Below, one piece after another: positions 1-10,465 of a stretch of 64,000 nt of DNA. The notes under the pieces were generated by a model. That model did no database searches and was not told the DNA's origin. It saw nothing but the letters and a program-made list of their open reading frames with translations. The stretch comes from Candidatus Latescibacterota bacterium (GTDB taxonomy: Bacteria; Latescibacterota; UBA2968; UBA8231), in contig CBDFJF010000001.1 of assembly GCA_965248265.1 (NCBI GenBank), positions 1,312,001 to 1,376,000 of the forward strand, given 5' to 3'. The translations under genes were made by a program, and so were the position numbers. Numbering within the stretch: position 1 is the stretch's first letter; the number at the start of each line of letters is the position of its first letter.

Positions 1-1166
1 GCGAGCAGATCCTGGTACCCATCGTTGTCGAAGTCCACAAAGCCGATCCCGAATCCCAACGGCCGCAGACTCGCCAGGCCGATTCCCGAGTTGAAAGCGG
101 CGTAGGCGAAAAGCAAATTGCCCTTGTTCTCGTACAGGCCGTTGGGTTCATTCTGGAAATTCGTGACCACGATATCCATGTCGCCGTCATTGTCATAGTC
201 GCCCGCATCCACTCCCATGCCGGCTTCTTTCTGACCGTCACGGCCGTAGGCGACGCCCGCCAATGCCGCGATCTCCCGGAACGATCCGTCCCCCGCGTTG
301 TGGTAGAGGAAATTCTTCACAGCGTCGTTGGCCACGTAGATGTCTACCAGGCCGTCGGCGTCAAAGTCTGAGGCCACGACTCCCAATCCCCGGCCCTCGG
401 TGTCAACGGTATCCACCAGGCCGGCACGCTCTGTCGCATCGACGAACACACCGCCCTCGTTGCGGTAGAGGATATCTGCCGCGCCCTTGAAATTGACCGG
501 ATGTGGATAGGTTTTGAGATCGCGCACGGAGGTGGATCCGGCGACGTAGGGCTGCAGCAGCTTGCGGGCGGCGTACGACAGATCGTAGCGCACATAGTTG
601 GCGACATACAAATCCAGGTCGCCGTCGTTGTCATAGTCCAGGAATGCCGCCGAGGTACTCCAGTTGGTATCCCCGACCGCTGCCTGTGCGGTGGCATCGG
701 CGAAACGACCGTCCCCCTCGTTTCGATAGATCACGTTGGCGCCGTAGTTGGTCACGTACAGATCGAGGCGGCCGTCGTTGTCGTAGTCAGCTGCGGCACA
801 GCCCATCCCGTAGCCACCGTCGTCGGCTCCTGCTGCTGAGCTGACGTTCTCGAATGTCCCATCGCCCCGGTTGCGGTAAAGGGCGTTGCCGGCACCGGCG
901 GCGTCGGGATAGCCGGGGAATGGTGCACCGTTGACCATATAAGCATCCACAAACCCATCCCCGTCATAGTCGACGAAGGCGACGCCCCCTCCCATCGTCT
1001 CGGGAAAATACTTGCGGCCACTCGCACCGTTGACATGCACGAAATCGATTCCGGCCTGCCCGGCTACGTCGACGAATTCGACCTGCGCCGTTTCCGCGGC
1101 CACGAATCGATCGGGCGATACCAGCAACGAAAAGGAGATACCTGCGCGGACAAACCAACTGTTCAT
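1..1166 (-). CDS. CRTAC1/ASPIC-UnbV family FG-GAP repeat protein (partial, runs off window start; absent from ORF track)
   Basis: Manual translation from ATG 1166: MNSWFVRAGISFSLLVSPDRFVAAETAQVEFVDVAGQAGIDFVHVNGASGRKYFPETMGGGVAFVDYDGDG; repeated D-Y-D-x-D-G-x-x-D-L/I-Y-V motifs; paralogous to 6319..8175. Confidence 0.9.
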   Translation of the reverse strand, partial: MNSWFVRAGISFSLLVSPDRFVAAETAQVEFVDVAGQAGIDFVHVNGASGRKYFPETMGGGVAFVDYDGDGFVDAYMVNGAPFPGYPDAAGAGNALYRNRGDGTFENVSSAAGADDGGYGMGCAAADYDNDGRLDLYVTNYGANVIYRNEGDGRFADATAQAAVGDTNWSTSAAFLDYDNDGDLDLYVANYVRYDLSYAARKLLQPYVAGSTSVRDLKTYPHPVNFKGAADILYRNEGGVFVDATERAGLVDTVDTEGRGLGVVASDFDADGLVDIYVANDAVKNFLYHNAGDGSFREIAALAGVAYGRDGQKEAGMGVDAGDYDNDGDMDIVVTNFQNEPNGLYENKGNLLFAYAAFNSGIGLASLRPLGFGIGFVDFDNDGYQDLL

Positions 1167-1234
1167 GTGTGTACGCTCTCTACTTCACTTTAACGCGAGT
1201 GACCGTGTTGCCGAACTGGCGGACCCAGATGACC

Positions 1235-3454
1235 TCAATCCGGCTGCCCGGCGATCGCCCAGACGTGCTCCAGTGTGCGGACGATGAGCATATTGCCGGA
1301 GATCGCCGGAGTCGCAATGACGATCTCGCCCATCGGGTTCTTGGCCAGCAGCTCGAACTCGCGGCTGTGACGTACCACATAGACGTCTCCCTCTTCGCTG
1401 GCGATGTAGAGACGGCCCGCAGCGGCTACTGGGGAGGCCGAGAACGCGGCGCCGCCTCGACCGGCGACGCGCTCGCGGAAAATCCGCTGACCTGTTCTGG
1501 CATCGAAGGCAGTTAGAATACCATTGTTTGCCAGGGTGTAGAGGTGATCGCCGTAAACCAGGGGCGTCGGCACGTAGGTGCCGCCCCCGGTCTTGCGCCA
1601 GGCGATGTGGCGGCTGGACTCCTCGCCCTTGGCGAGCGAGATGTCTCCGCGGCCGCCGGGACGGATGGCGTAGGTGCCCCGCACCGGCGCCCAACCGCCG
1701 GTGACGAAGGCCAGGCCGTGACCGGTGACCACCGAACCCACCGTGATCTCGGAGTGCGGGCCCATGCTCCACAGTTCGCGGCCGGTGTCGGCGTCATAGC
1801 CGCGAATCCGGCGGCTGCCGTTGGTGACGATCTCCATGCCCTCGGGCCCCTCGATCAGGGCCGGCGTCCCCCAGGATGGCAGGTTGTCTCGCGATGTCCT
1901 CCAGACCTCGCTGCCGTCCTCCAGGGAGTAGGCGGCGATGAACGGGTCCTTGGCGCGGTCGATCTGGACGATCACGCGGTCGCCGTGGAGGATCGGCGAG
2001 CTGGCGTGCCCCCACTCGAATCCGGAGTCGTAGAACCAGCCGACGCTGAGAGTGCCGAGGTCGCGGCGCCACAGAAGCTTGCCCTCCACGTCGTAGCAGA
2101 AGAGGCCCTCCGAGCCCAGCATCGCCACCACGCGACGCCCGTCGGTCACCGGTGTGGCGTTGACCTGCGAGGCCTTCATGTGGTGCTTCGCTCGCGGTGC
2201 TCCCTCCTGGGCGACTCGCTCCCACACGATCTCGCCGTTCGAGCGGTCGAGGGCTACAAGACGCCAGCTGTAGTCGGCTGCGATCTCCGCCAAGTCCGGA
2301 TCGCCGTAGACACCGATTCGCAAGGGTTTCTCCTCGGCGCCGTAGACGGCTGTTGCCAGGTAGATCCGATCGCCCCAGACGATCGTGCTGGCGTGGCCGC
2401 GGCCGGCGACCGGTGTCTTCCACAGAATGTCGGTGCCGTCCTCGATGTTCCAGGTCAGCGGCGGCGTGCCCCGGGCGGTACCAGTGGTGGCGACACCGCG
2501 GAATCCCGTCCAATTCTGCTCTGCAACGCCAGCCGGCACGACCGGCTCCGTCGCCACGGTCTTCTCCGCCGGTTCGGCGATGGCCTCGGTCCTGGCGTCC
2601 CCCTGTGGAGCGGCGCTGACTTCCTCACGGATAAAACGGCGGGGAGTGTCGAAGTTCCCCTGCATGAGCCGCGCGGCCTTGACCGTTTCGCCCTCGACCT
2701 CGATCTCGATCTCGACAAACGTGCCCCCTCGCTGGCGAAAGCGGGTGTCATCGAGGGCTTCCAGGGGGAAGGTCTTACCCCGCACGGTGCCGGAGAGCAG
2801 ACCGGCGGCGTAGAACAGCTCGAGCTTGATTGTCCTCTGCCGCTCGAAGGCGTAGACTCCGGCGTAGCGGGCGAGGAGGTCGGACGAGATTTCGTATGTG
2901 CTCGGCGGCGGCAGCTCGGCGCCCGCGGCCTCGAGCGCAGCGGCGACTTCCTTCGCCTCGTCGAGCTTAGCTCGCGACAGGGCGGCGGTGAGCATCTGGG
3001 GTGAAAGCTTGCCCGTGCCGATCAGTGCCTTCACGGCCTCGACATTTTTGTTGACGATCGCGCCCATGATCGCGTCTTCTATATCCTCTCCGTGCTCGAC
3101 GAGCAGAACGATGACGTCAGGGTGGCCGCGTTGGCTCGCCCAGGTCATGGCGTTGGCGCGGTACAGGTTGTCGCGGTGGGCCAGGTCGGCACCGCGCCCG
3201 ATGAGCAGGCGGACGACGTCAGAGTGGCCCCATCCGGCAGCGTACATCAGGGCCGTGACGTCGTACTGATTGACGGTGTCCACCGGAACACCGGAGTCGA
3301 GCAGCTGGCGCACCTTCTCTATGTCGCCGGCGCGAGCTGCGTCATGGAGGGCGTCTGCCCGTTCATCCGCGAGCACCGGAAGGCGGGTGCCCGGGACACC
3401 GGCCATCAGGAAGCAGAGAGTGAACACGGGGATTGGATGAGATAAGCTTTTCAT
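1235..3454 (-). CDS. Secreted ankyrin-repeat + PQQ-like beta-propeller protein
   Basis: Signal-like N-terminus; ankyrin motifs (ALHDAARAG, TALMYAAGWGH, AMTWASQRGH); WTGFRG...ILWKTPVAGRGHASTIVWGDRIY and repeated SP/W propeller motifs. Confidence 0.88.
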   Translation of the reverse strand: MKSLSHPIPVFTLCFLMAGVPGTRLPVLADERADALHDAARAGDIEKVRQLLDSGVPVDTVNQYDVTALMYAAGWGHSDVVRLLIGRGADLAHRDNLYRANAMTWASQRGHPDVIVLLVEHGEDIEDAIMGAIVNKNVEAVKALIGTGKLSPQMLTAALSRAKLDEAKEVAAALEAAGAELPPPSTYEISSDLLARYAGVYAFERQRTIKLELFYAAGLLSGTVRGKTFPLEALDDTRFRQRGGTFVEIEIEVEGETVKAARLMQGNFDTPRRFIREEVSAAPQGDARTEAIAEPAEKTVATEPVVPAGVAEQNWTGFRGVATTGTARGTPPLTWNIEDGTDILWKTPVAGRGHASTIVWGDRIYLATAVYGAEEKPLRIGVYGDPDLAEIAADYSWRLVALDRSNGEIVWERVAQEGAPRAKHHMKASQVNATPVTDGRRVVAMLGSEGLFCYDVEGKLLWRRDLGTLSVGWFYDSGFEWGHASSPILHGDRVIVQIDRAKDPFIAAYSLEDGSEVWRTSRDNLPSWGTPALIEGPEGMEIVTNGSRRIRGYDADTGRELWSMGPHSEITVGSVVTGHGLAFVTGGWAPVRGTYAIRPGGRGDISLAKGEESSRHIAWRKTGGGTYVPTPLVYGDHLYTLANNGILTAFDARTGQRIFRERVAGRGGAAFSASPVAAAGRLYIASEEGDVYVVRHSREFELLAKNPMGEIVIATPAISGNMLIVRTLEHVWAIAGQPD

Positions 3455-3472
3455 GTTCGCCTGGAATCCGTT

Positions 3473-4693
3473 TTAGTCCGGGAGTTGCTCGCGCATTTTG
3501 TAGGCGTGGAGCGCATGGGCTGCGTCTCCCACCAACTCGTGATAGGTGTTGCGGTCTCTGCGCTGGATCGGCCTCAGGCGGTCGAAAGTCTTCAGTTTGT
3601 GAAGCTGCTTGGCGGTGTCCTCAAGCTCCTCAAAGGCCTTATCCAGGGGGGCCCGATCCAGAACCCCCAGTTGGATCGCCCGCAGGTAAGTTTCGAGTCC
3701 ATGGCCGAGGAGCTTGAGTCGTTGGGAGAGGACCTCGTCCTCAAACTTCTGGAGCTTGCTCGCGTTGGAGCTGAACTTCCGGCGCACTTGGACCAGTGTC
3801 CGCTCCCAGTATGCTGACTCCGCGTTCAGGCGGTAGAGGCCAATCTCGTACTGCTCCTTCAAGAGCGCTGGGAGCGTCTTACCGTGCATGCGCTGCACCG
3901 ACTGGAAGAGGTGGAGTCCTTCACAGTAGTAGCGGTGGATTTCAGCCGGTTGGGGCCTTCCGTCCTTCAGGATCGCGGCCTTCTCATAGGTTTCGCTGTC
4001 CCCCTCGCCGCTCATGTATGCCTTGAAGTAGGCCTGGTTCTGCGCGAGGACCTCGAGCGCTTCCGCGCGCACCTTGACGACGAGCTGCTCCAGCTCAGGA
4101 TCCCCTTGCTCGGCAGCGCCAGCCACCACCTCGAGCAGCCACGCATGGTTGTGGAAGGCCGGTCCGCCGCTCGACAGCAACATGCCGGGCCGATAGCGCC
4201 GAGCATAGCCCACCACGAGGTCTGCGAAACTGACCTCGCGGTCCTTGAGCTTGAAATGGGTCGAGGGCGGGACGCCAACCTCGAGGAGCGTTTTGAAGAA
4301 CAGACCGGGGTGTGACTCGATTGGGAAGTTGTCCTCGGTGCGCAGGAGAAAGGCGGGCTCGCCCTTGGTGTTGTAGTAGAGGTTGTCCTCGACCAGCCGC
4401 CGGTATGCGAGGTCTCCCGACTCCAGGCGCAGCTCCAGGCCGTAGACGAGGATCCCGTGGGCCATAGTCCAGGGGTCGTTCGGGTTGAGGCAGTGCTCCT
4501 GCACGACCGCTTCCAGGATCTCTTCGCCCGAGAGCTCCCTGGGCGGTCTCTTCGTCTTGGCGTCTCCCTCCCGCTGCCCCCCTTCGGGGCAGCCTATCAG
4601 GGTGAGCCCCGCGACCAACGACAACGCCGCGCTCAGACGCCGCCTCACGGCGAATCCGGTGCGGGCTCTACGCTGCTCTGCACGCTTGATCAC
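3473..4693 (-). CDS. Hypothetical helical lipoprotein with His/Cys motifs
   Basis: 406-aa ORF abutting the upstream stop; lipobox-like LTLIGC; motifs PWTMAHG, ESHPG, CEGLH, GHGLE, AHALH. Confidence 0.75.
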   Translation of the reverse strand: MIKRAEQRRARTGFAVRRRLSAALSLVAGLTLIGCPEGGQREGDAKTKRPPRELSGEEILEAVVQEHCLNPNDPWTMAHGILVYGLELRLESGDLAYRRLVEDNLYYNTKGEPAFLLRTEDNFPIESHPGLFFKTLLEVGVPPSTHFKLKDREVSFADLVVGYARRYRPGMLLSSGGPAFHNHAWLLEVVAGAAEQGDPELEQLVVKVRAEALEVLAQNQAYFKAYMSGEGDSETYEKAAILKDGRPQPAEIHRYYCEGLHLFQSVQRMHGKTLPALLKEQYEIGLYRLNAESAYWERTLVQVRRKFSSNASKLQKFEDEVLSQRLKLLGHGLETYLRAIQLGVLDRAPLDKAFEELEDTAKQLHKLKTFDRLRPIQRRDRNTYHELVGDAAHALHAYKMREQLPD

Positions 4694-6322
4694 TCAACTG
4701 TCGTCCCGGATGGAAAGTGAAGTGAGCCTCTCTCCTACCGCCCAGGGCTGGCGGCAAGGTACGCCCCGTTCGTACCTCCACAGACGCTGCCGGATCCAGC
4801 CGAAGTCACCGGCAGCGGACTCGACCCGCGCCAGAGCCGCCTGCTGCCAGCGGATCGCCTCTCCGAAACGCCCCAGTTCGGCCACTGCCATGGCGAGCGT
4901 CTCGGCATCGGCAACGGTCTCGGTCCCCCGCACGGACTCGCTGGCCATCTCCAACGCAACCAGGCCGTCGCGTCGCGATGCTTCCGGCATCGTCGCCAGC
5001 AGCCGTGCCAACAGCATCTTGAGCTCGCGGCTCGCGCGTAGCGCCCTGACATCTTCCTCCACGCTGGCCAGAGCCTGCTCGAAGCGCTCAAGCCGCATCA
5101 GGGCGACGACGGCTCCAAAGCGCGCAGACACCAGTTCGGGTCGCAGTTCCCGGGCGCGCCGGTAGCTCGCCAGCGCTTCTTCGAGACGGCCTCGATCGAA
5201 GAGCAACCCCGCCAGTGCCAGGTGAACGCGCTCTGAATGCGGATCGAGCTCGAGTGCCCGGCGCAAATGATGCTCGGCCGGCTCGTACTCACCATCACCT
5301 GTGAGGACCTGGGCTAGCAGTAGGCGGCTGAGGGTGTAGTCGGGCGCCCGTTCGACGAGTTCCTCGAGCTGCTCGAGCGCCTCCTGTCGCCGGTCGAGCT
5401 CGAGCAAGGCTGCAGCGAGATTGTACCGCACTCGCGGCTGCTCTGGATCTGCTGCTAGAGCCCGCTCGTACTCACCCACCGCCGCATCGAAGAGGCCGCG
5501 GTGGGCAGCCGTCATGCCGCGTTTGACGTAAACCTGGGTGCCGTCGCGCAGATTGCCCAGTTCCACCATGAGCGGATCTGAGAGTGCGACGGGAATGTGC
5601 CCCTGACGGGAGGCCCGGTCGAAGAAGGTCGCGGCACGCTCCTTCTCTCCCAGGCTGCGGTACGCCAACCCCAGGGCGTAGTGGATCTGAGAGGCTTGCG
5701 GTTGCTCGGTTAGCGCCTTTTCCAGCTCGCCGATCGCCGGCGTGAATTCGCCGGTTTCGAGGGCCACCCGGGCGAGGCCGACGCGGGCTGCGACACAGCG
5801 CGGATCAGCCTCGAGAGCCTGCCGGAAGTGGCGACGAGCGCCTTCGAGGTGGTGCTGCTCAAGCTCGACTTCGCCCAGCCACACCAGACTCGGAATGTCG
5901 AAGGGCCGCAGCGCCAACCCCTGCTCAAAGGCCGCGGTGGCAGCGCTGTAGTTGCCGAGCGTTCGCTCAACTTGTGCCAGAAGATAGGCCCAGCGAAACG
6001 TCGCCGGACTCAGCGAACATGCGTTTATGTAGCAGATTCGCGCCGGCTCCAACTCTCCGTACGTGTGGAAAACCTGACCCAGCTGCCCATAGCCTCGAGC
6101 CAGCAGCTCTGGCTCGGTTCCGCCTGCTCGCAACAGGCGTGAAACCGCAGCGTGTTGCCGCCGCAGTTGCTCACGCGGCTCCGGGTCGAGGCTGGCGAGA
6201 TCGGGCAAGGGCGGCAGGGACAGGAGCTCGGCCTGTCGTGCATCCGGTGACTGCTCAGAAGAGCCGCAGCCCGCGAGCAAAGCCATCGAGAGCGTTGCGA
6301 CGACGGCGTAGATCCCGCTCAT
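4694..6322 (-). CDS. Tetratricopeptide-repeat lipoprotein
   Basis: LLAGC lipobox; many TPR units (A..Y..AL..dP); overlaps the CRTAC1 stop. Confidence 0.88.
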   Translation of the reverse strand: MSGIYAVVATLSMALLAGCGSSEQSPDARQAELLSLPPLPDLASLDPEPREQLRRQHAAVSRLLRAGGTEPELLARGYGQLGQVFHTYGELEPARICYINACSLSPATFRWAYLLAQVERTLGNYSAATAAFEQGLALRPFDIPSLVWLGEVELEQHHLEGARRHFRQALEADPRCVAARVGLARVALETGEFTPAIGELEKALTEQPQASQIHYALGLAYRSLGEKERAATFFDRASRQGHIPVALSDPLMVELGNLRDGTQVYVKRGMTAAHRGLFDAAVGEYERALAADPEQPRVRYNLAAALLELDRRQEALEQLEELVERAPDYTLSRLLLAQVLTGDGEYEPAEHHLRRALELDPHSERVHLALAGLLFDRGRLEEALASYRRARELRPELVSARFGAVVALMRLERFEQALASVEEDVRALRASRELKMLLARLLATMPEASRRDGLVALEMASESVRGTETVADAETLAMAVAELGRFGEAIRWQQAALARVESAAGDFGWIRQRLWRYERGVPCRQPWAVGERLTSLSIRDDS

Positions 6323-8175
6323 GGCACCTCACCCGTCACTCGCTCACTCACCCACTCACCGCTGCCTTCCACGAGAGTGTGATAGCGTCCAGGAGCAAGG
6401 TCCCGCCAGCGCTCCCGCAGTCCGCTGGGCCAGAGGACCTCCACGTAAGTGACGGCTTCGCTGTCGCCCAGGCCGAACAGCAGCCGGGGATCGCTCGACG
6501 CCAGGTAGCTGGCAGCGGCGCGTGACCGCCTGACGAGGGGCGCTTCACCGTCGCGGACGAGCGTCGCTACCGCGCCAACCATGTCTCGACCCGTTCGCCC
6601 CACCAGTCGCAAACCCAACCAGCCCGATCTGCGGGCTGTCTGATTCACCAGCAGTTGCACGGGCCCGCTGTTGTTGCAGATGAGCACATCGGGATCGCCG
6701 TCTTCATCTACGTCGCCCACCGCCGCTCCACGGCTGACGTGCGGCAGCGCCAGGACCGGCGCCTGCGCACTGGCGTTCACGAAACGGCCACCTCTGTTGA
6801 GGAACAGCTGATTCGGCTGTTCGAGCGGCAGTGGATCGCCCGTCGCTCGCAGTTGTCGGATGGTCCTGACGGCGCCGTTTACGGCCACCAGATCGAGCCA
6901 GCCGTCGTTGTCCACGTCGAGCAGGGCGGTACCGAAGCCGGTCAAACCCATACTCGGGGGGCCGAGCCCGGCAGCGGCGGTGCGGTCGAAGAACAGACCG
7001 CTGCCGTCGTTTACGTAGAGTGTGTTGACTTCCATCAACAGATGGGTCATGAACAGGTCTTCGTCCCCGTCCCCATCGACGTCGCCCGCATCCACCCCCA
7101 TGCTCGCCTGGACACGTCCCTGGGCGTCGACGGCGCTGCCGCTCATCATACCCTCCTCGCGAAAATGTCCCTCTCCCTGGTTCATCCAGAGTTTGTTGGG
7201 AGTCTGGTCGTTGGCCACATAGATGTCGATCCAGCCGTTGCCGTCGAAATCAGCGCTCACCACACCGAGACCGGGACCAGGAGCGGCAATCAACCCGACC
7301 TCGCTGGACACGTCGGCGAATGTTCCGTCACCGAGATTGCGCAACAACCGGTCCGTCTCCGGTCTGTATTTGCTCGGGCCGCAGTATTCGGGCGCGCCGT
7401 GCTCGGTGGAGCAGACTTTGTGACTGGCGATCCGGAAGTCGACGTAGTTGACGACGTACAGATCGAGAAGACCGTCGTGATCGAAGTCGACGAAGGCCGC
7501 GCTCGTCGACCAGCGGGAATCGTCCGTCCCGCTCTCTGCCGTGGCATCGGAGAAGGTGCCGTCTCCCGCGTTGCGCCACAGCTGATTGGCGCCCAGGTTC
7601 GTCACATAGAGATCGACCCGGCTGTCGCCGTCGTAGTCACCGGCGGCCACACCCATACCGTAACCGTAGGCCTCGATGCCGCTCGCGTCGGTCACATCGC
7701 TAAAGCGCAGCAGGCCCCTTCCACCTGGCGAGGTCGTGAGGTCGTTGCGGAACATGCGATCACGAAGTGGCGCGTCCTCAGCGGCAGGTAACAGGGCCTC
7801 GCTCAACTCCACGCCACCGAGCATCCGACCCTGTACCAGATAGACATCGAGATCGCCGTCGTCATCGTAATCGAACAGGGCGCCCCCTGCCCCCATGATC
7901 TCGCCGAGGTAGTATTCGCCCGACATGCCGTTGAAGTGGTTGAAATCGAGTCCCGTTTCATTGGCTCTGTCTACGAACGCGACGGACACTGATCCATCGC
8001 CAGAGGACGCCGGTCCGCTGCCCGAGTCCTGGCAGGCGAGTATCTGCAGCAACACTGCGAAGAGGACGGCAGGCTGCCGTATCGAGAAGGTCTGCGCGGG
8101 ATTTCTCCCCCCGTGCACGATGGAATGGCGGCTGTGCACGCTGCAGCGACCAACAACCGAGCGATCCAGTTTCAA
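6319..8175 (-). CDS. CRTAC1/ASPIC-UnbV family protein
   Basis: FG-GAP repeats DYDDDGDLDVY, DFDHDGLLDLY, DVDGDGDEDL; C-terminal SYLASSDPRLLFGLG...VEVLWPSG (UnbV); TTG start uncertain. Confidence 0.92.
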   Translation of the reverse strand: MKLDRSVVGRCSVHSRHSIVHGGRNPAQTFSIRQPAVLFAVLLQILACQDSGSGPASSGDGSVSVAFVDRANETGLDFNHFNGMSGEYYLGEIMGAGGALFDYDDDGDLDVYLVQGRMLGGVELSEALLPAAEDAPLRDRMFRNDLTTSPGGRGLLRFSDVTDASGIEAYGYGMGVAAGDYDGDSRVDLYVTNLGANQLWRNAGDGTFSDATAESGTDDSRWSTSAAFVDFDHDGLLDLYVVNYVDFRIASHKVCSTEHGAPEYCGPSKYRPETDRLLRNLGDGTFADVSSEVGLIAAPGPGLGVVSADFDGNGWIDIYVANDQTPNKLWMNQGEGHFREEGMMSGSAVDAQGRVQASMGVDAGDVDGDGDEDLFMTHLLMEVNTLYVNDGSGLFFDRTAAAGLGPPSMGLTGFGTALLDVDNDGWLDLVAVNGAVRTIRQLRATGDPLPLEQPNQLFLNRGGRFVNASAQAPVLALPHVSRGAAVGDVDEDGDPDVLICNNSGPVQLLVNQTARRSGWLGLRLVGRTGRDMVGAVATLVRDGEAPLVRRSRAAASYLASSDPRLLFGLGDSEAVTYVEVLWPSGLRERWRDLAPGRYHTLVEGSGEWVSERVTGEVP

Positions 8176-10427
8176 CGGGCTCCTAGACCTTCCTCGAACA
8201 TCTGCTCCGCCCGCTCGCGCAACTCTCCGAAAATTTCCTCGCGCTGCAGGAGCATCCGGTGCGTCTGCCGCGCCTCCACGGCCTTTTCCGGTTCGCCCAT
8301 CTTGCCGTAGAGACGGCCCAGGTGATTGTACACCTGGGCCTCTTCCCCTTGCTGGATGAGGCGCTCGTACTGCTGAACCGCCTCGCTGTTGCGTTCTAGC
8401 CCTTCATAGGCGAGGGCCAGATTCCGGCGTGCGAGCACGTGACCCGGGGTTCTGTCTAGGACATGGGAAAACTCCGCAGCAGCCGCCGCGAATTCCCGTT
8501 GTCTCAGATAGTTGTATCCCAGATTGTTGCGCACATCGTCATGCTCGGGCCGCCGTTCCAGGAGCAGCAGGTACTCGCGCTCCGCTTCCACCCAGCGTCC
8601 CCCTTGCTGGTAGAGGACTGCAATATTGTACCTGGCGTCAAAATGATCGGGGTCAAGTTCCAAGACTTTCAAGTAGGATTTCTCGGCGGCCTCTGGGCGG
8701 TCCGCCAGACGCAGGGCCCCGGCCAGGCCATAGTGGGAGCGGGCAGTTGTCGGTTCGATTTCGACGATCTCCTCGAACAGGGCGACGGCCTCTTCAATTC
8801 CTTCCTGCCCGAGATAGAGATTGGCCAGATTGCGCCGGGGATCCGCCCTGTGCGGAAACAGCTCTGCCAACAGCCGGAATTGCTCTTGAGCCTCAGCGCG
8901 GTTATCGAGATCGACAAGGAGCTCACCCAACTTGAGGCGTGCATCGTAGTGACCCTCATCCAGGTCGAGGGCTTTTCGCAGCTCCAAGGTCGCCCTCGCC
9001 GGCATGCCCTTGCGGGCGTAGGCCAGCGCGACGTGGTATCGGTCCTGGGCATCGTCCGACTGCTTGATGGCTCTGGCATTCAACGGCCACGCAACAAGAA
9101 GGAGCAAACCCGCTGCCGGCAGCACGATGCGCCACTGCCGGGCTGACACCTGGTCCTTCAGCCACGCGCCGGCGTAGCAGGCCAGCAGGATCAGCAGTGG
9201 TATGGCGGGCAGACGGTAGCGGGCGGTCACGGAGAAGGCGATGACCGCCCCTGCATAACACAACACGAACAATACCAGCAGACCCGCTCGTCTCTCCACC
9301 ATGGCCAGCAGCAGGCCGGCCAGGGCCAATGGGCCCACGATGCCGAATGGGAAGGCCAGCCAATGATGCCACACCAGCCCGGCCAGCAAGTCAGAATGGG
9401 CCCGGGCAAAATAGATATCGGCATGACGCCGAATCTCTCCGCCCTGCCAGAAATCGAACGTTTTCGTGGCCAGCGACTGCAGATAGGCTGCCGGCTCCTC
9501 TCTGGCGAACGAGGTCGCCTCCCGCCAGAAGTAAGCCGATTGTTCGGAGGGTTTCTCCAATCCCTGCCGGACCGGCTGTCGGGTCAGCTCATCCCAATCC
9601 GCACCCGGTCCCAACCTGACCGTTCGCTCGTGATCCGGGTTGTTGCCCAGATAAAAACTCAAGCCCGAGTCCGATGAGAGCAGGACCAGGTCCGCACCCT
9701 TGTGGTGGTTTCGCCACGTCGTGCTGCCGATGACGAGAAGCATCCCCAGCGCCAGCAACAGGACGCGGCTGAGCCGGGCGGGTAGCCCCAGATCTGTGCG
9801 CCAGAATATCCATCCGGCCACGCCCAAACTGAAGAGGAGGACATGGGCAACGGCCAGGCCGGCCAGGCCCAGCAGGAGTCCAGCAGCAAGACACGCCCAG
9901 GGGGTTCTAACGGTACCGGGGCGAAGGAGAAAGAGTACGAGGCTCAAATTGAGGAGGATAGCCAGCGTCGGGGGCAGAAGTACCCCCTCGAAGTAGATCA
10001 GCGGTCCGTACACCGCAGCCACGGTCCCGGCCACCAGACCGATGCCGGGCGAGGAGAATACCCGTCGGCCGATCAGGTAGAGCAGCACGACGCTGAGCGC
10101 GCCCAGGGTGTGCTGGATCAGGCGGTAGACGTGGTAATCAGCCCCGAAGAGCCAGTATACTGCCCCCAGGAAAGCGGGATAGAGCGGCGGCCATGTGAAC
10201 GGCTCGTCTCCCAGGCTGAACGTCGCAGCGAGCTGTTCGGCTTGCTGGAAGTAGCTCTGGGCGTCCGCGACGGGGGCATCGAAGAACGGGCTCTGAGCAG
10301 CGATCTCGTGGAGGTAGAGCAGGCGCCAGAGAAGGGCGAAGGCGAACAGGACCACGGCGCCGTACCACGTTCGGCCCGAGCACTCCCGGCAAAGCCGTTT
10401 CGTCCTCCGGATCAGTCTGTCGAGCAA
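8172..10427 (-). CDS. GT-C fold (PMT/GT39-like) membrane glycosyltransferase fused to C-terminal TPRs
   Basis: Multiple TM segments, PVADAQSY, PPLYPAFLG, FYLGNNP, ARYRLP; TPR tail. Confidence 0.85.
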   Translation of the reverse strand: MLDRLIRRTKRLCRECSGRTWYGAVVLFAFALLWRLLYLHEIAAQSPFFDAPVADAQSYFQQAEQLAATFSLGDEPFTWPPLYPAFLGAVYWLFGADYHVYRLIQHTLGALSVVLLYLIGRRVFSSPGIGLVAGTVAAVYGPLIYFEGVLLPPTLAILLNLSLVLFLLRPGTVRTPWACLAAGLLLGLAGLAVAHVLLFSLGVAGWIFWRTDLGLPARLSRVLLLALGMLLVIGSTTWRNHHKGADLVLLSSDSGLSFYLGNNPDHERTVRLGPGADWDELTRQPVRQGLEKPSEQSAYFWREATSFAREEPAAYLQSLATKTFDFWQGGEIRRHADIYFARAHSDLLAGLVWHHWLAFPFGIVGPLALAGLLLAMVERRAGLLVLFVLCYAGAVIAFSVTARYRLPAIPLLILLACYAGAWLKDQVSARQWRIVLPAAGLLLLVAWPLNARAIKQSDDAQDRYHVALAYARKGMPARATLELRKALDLDEGHYDARLKLGELLVDLDNRAEAQEQFRLLAELFPHRADPRRNLANLYLGQEGIEEAVALFEEIVEIEPTTARSHYGLAGALRLADRPEAAEKSYLKVLELDPDHFDARYNIAVLYQQGGRWVEAEREYLLLLERRPEHDDVRNNLGYNYLRQREFAAAAAEFSHVLDRTPGHVLARRNLALAYEGLERNSEAVQQYERLIQQGEEAQVYNHLGRLYGKMGEPEKAVEARQTHRMLLQREEIFGELRERAEQMFEEGLGAR

Positions 10428-10465
10428 GTTCGCGGGAGTTGTGTTGCTGGTGATGTGCGTCGCTT

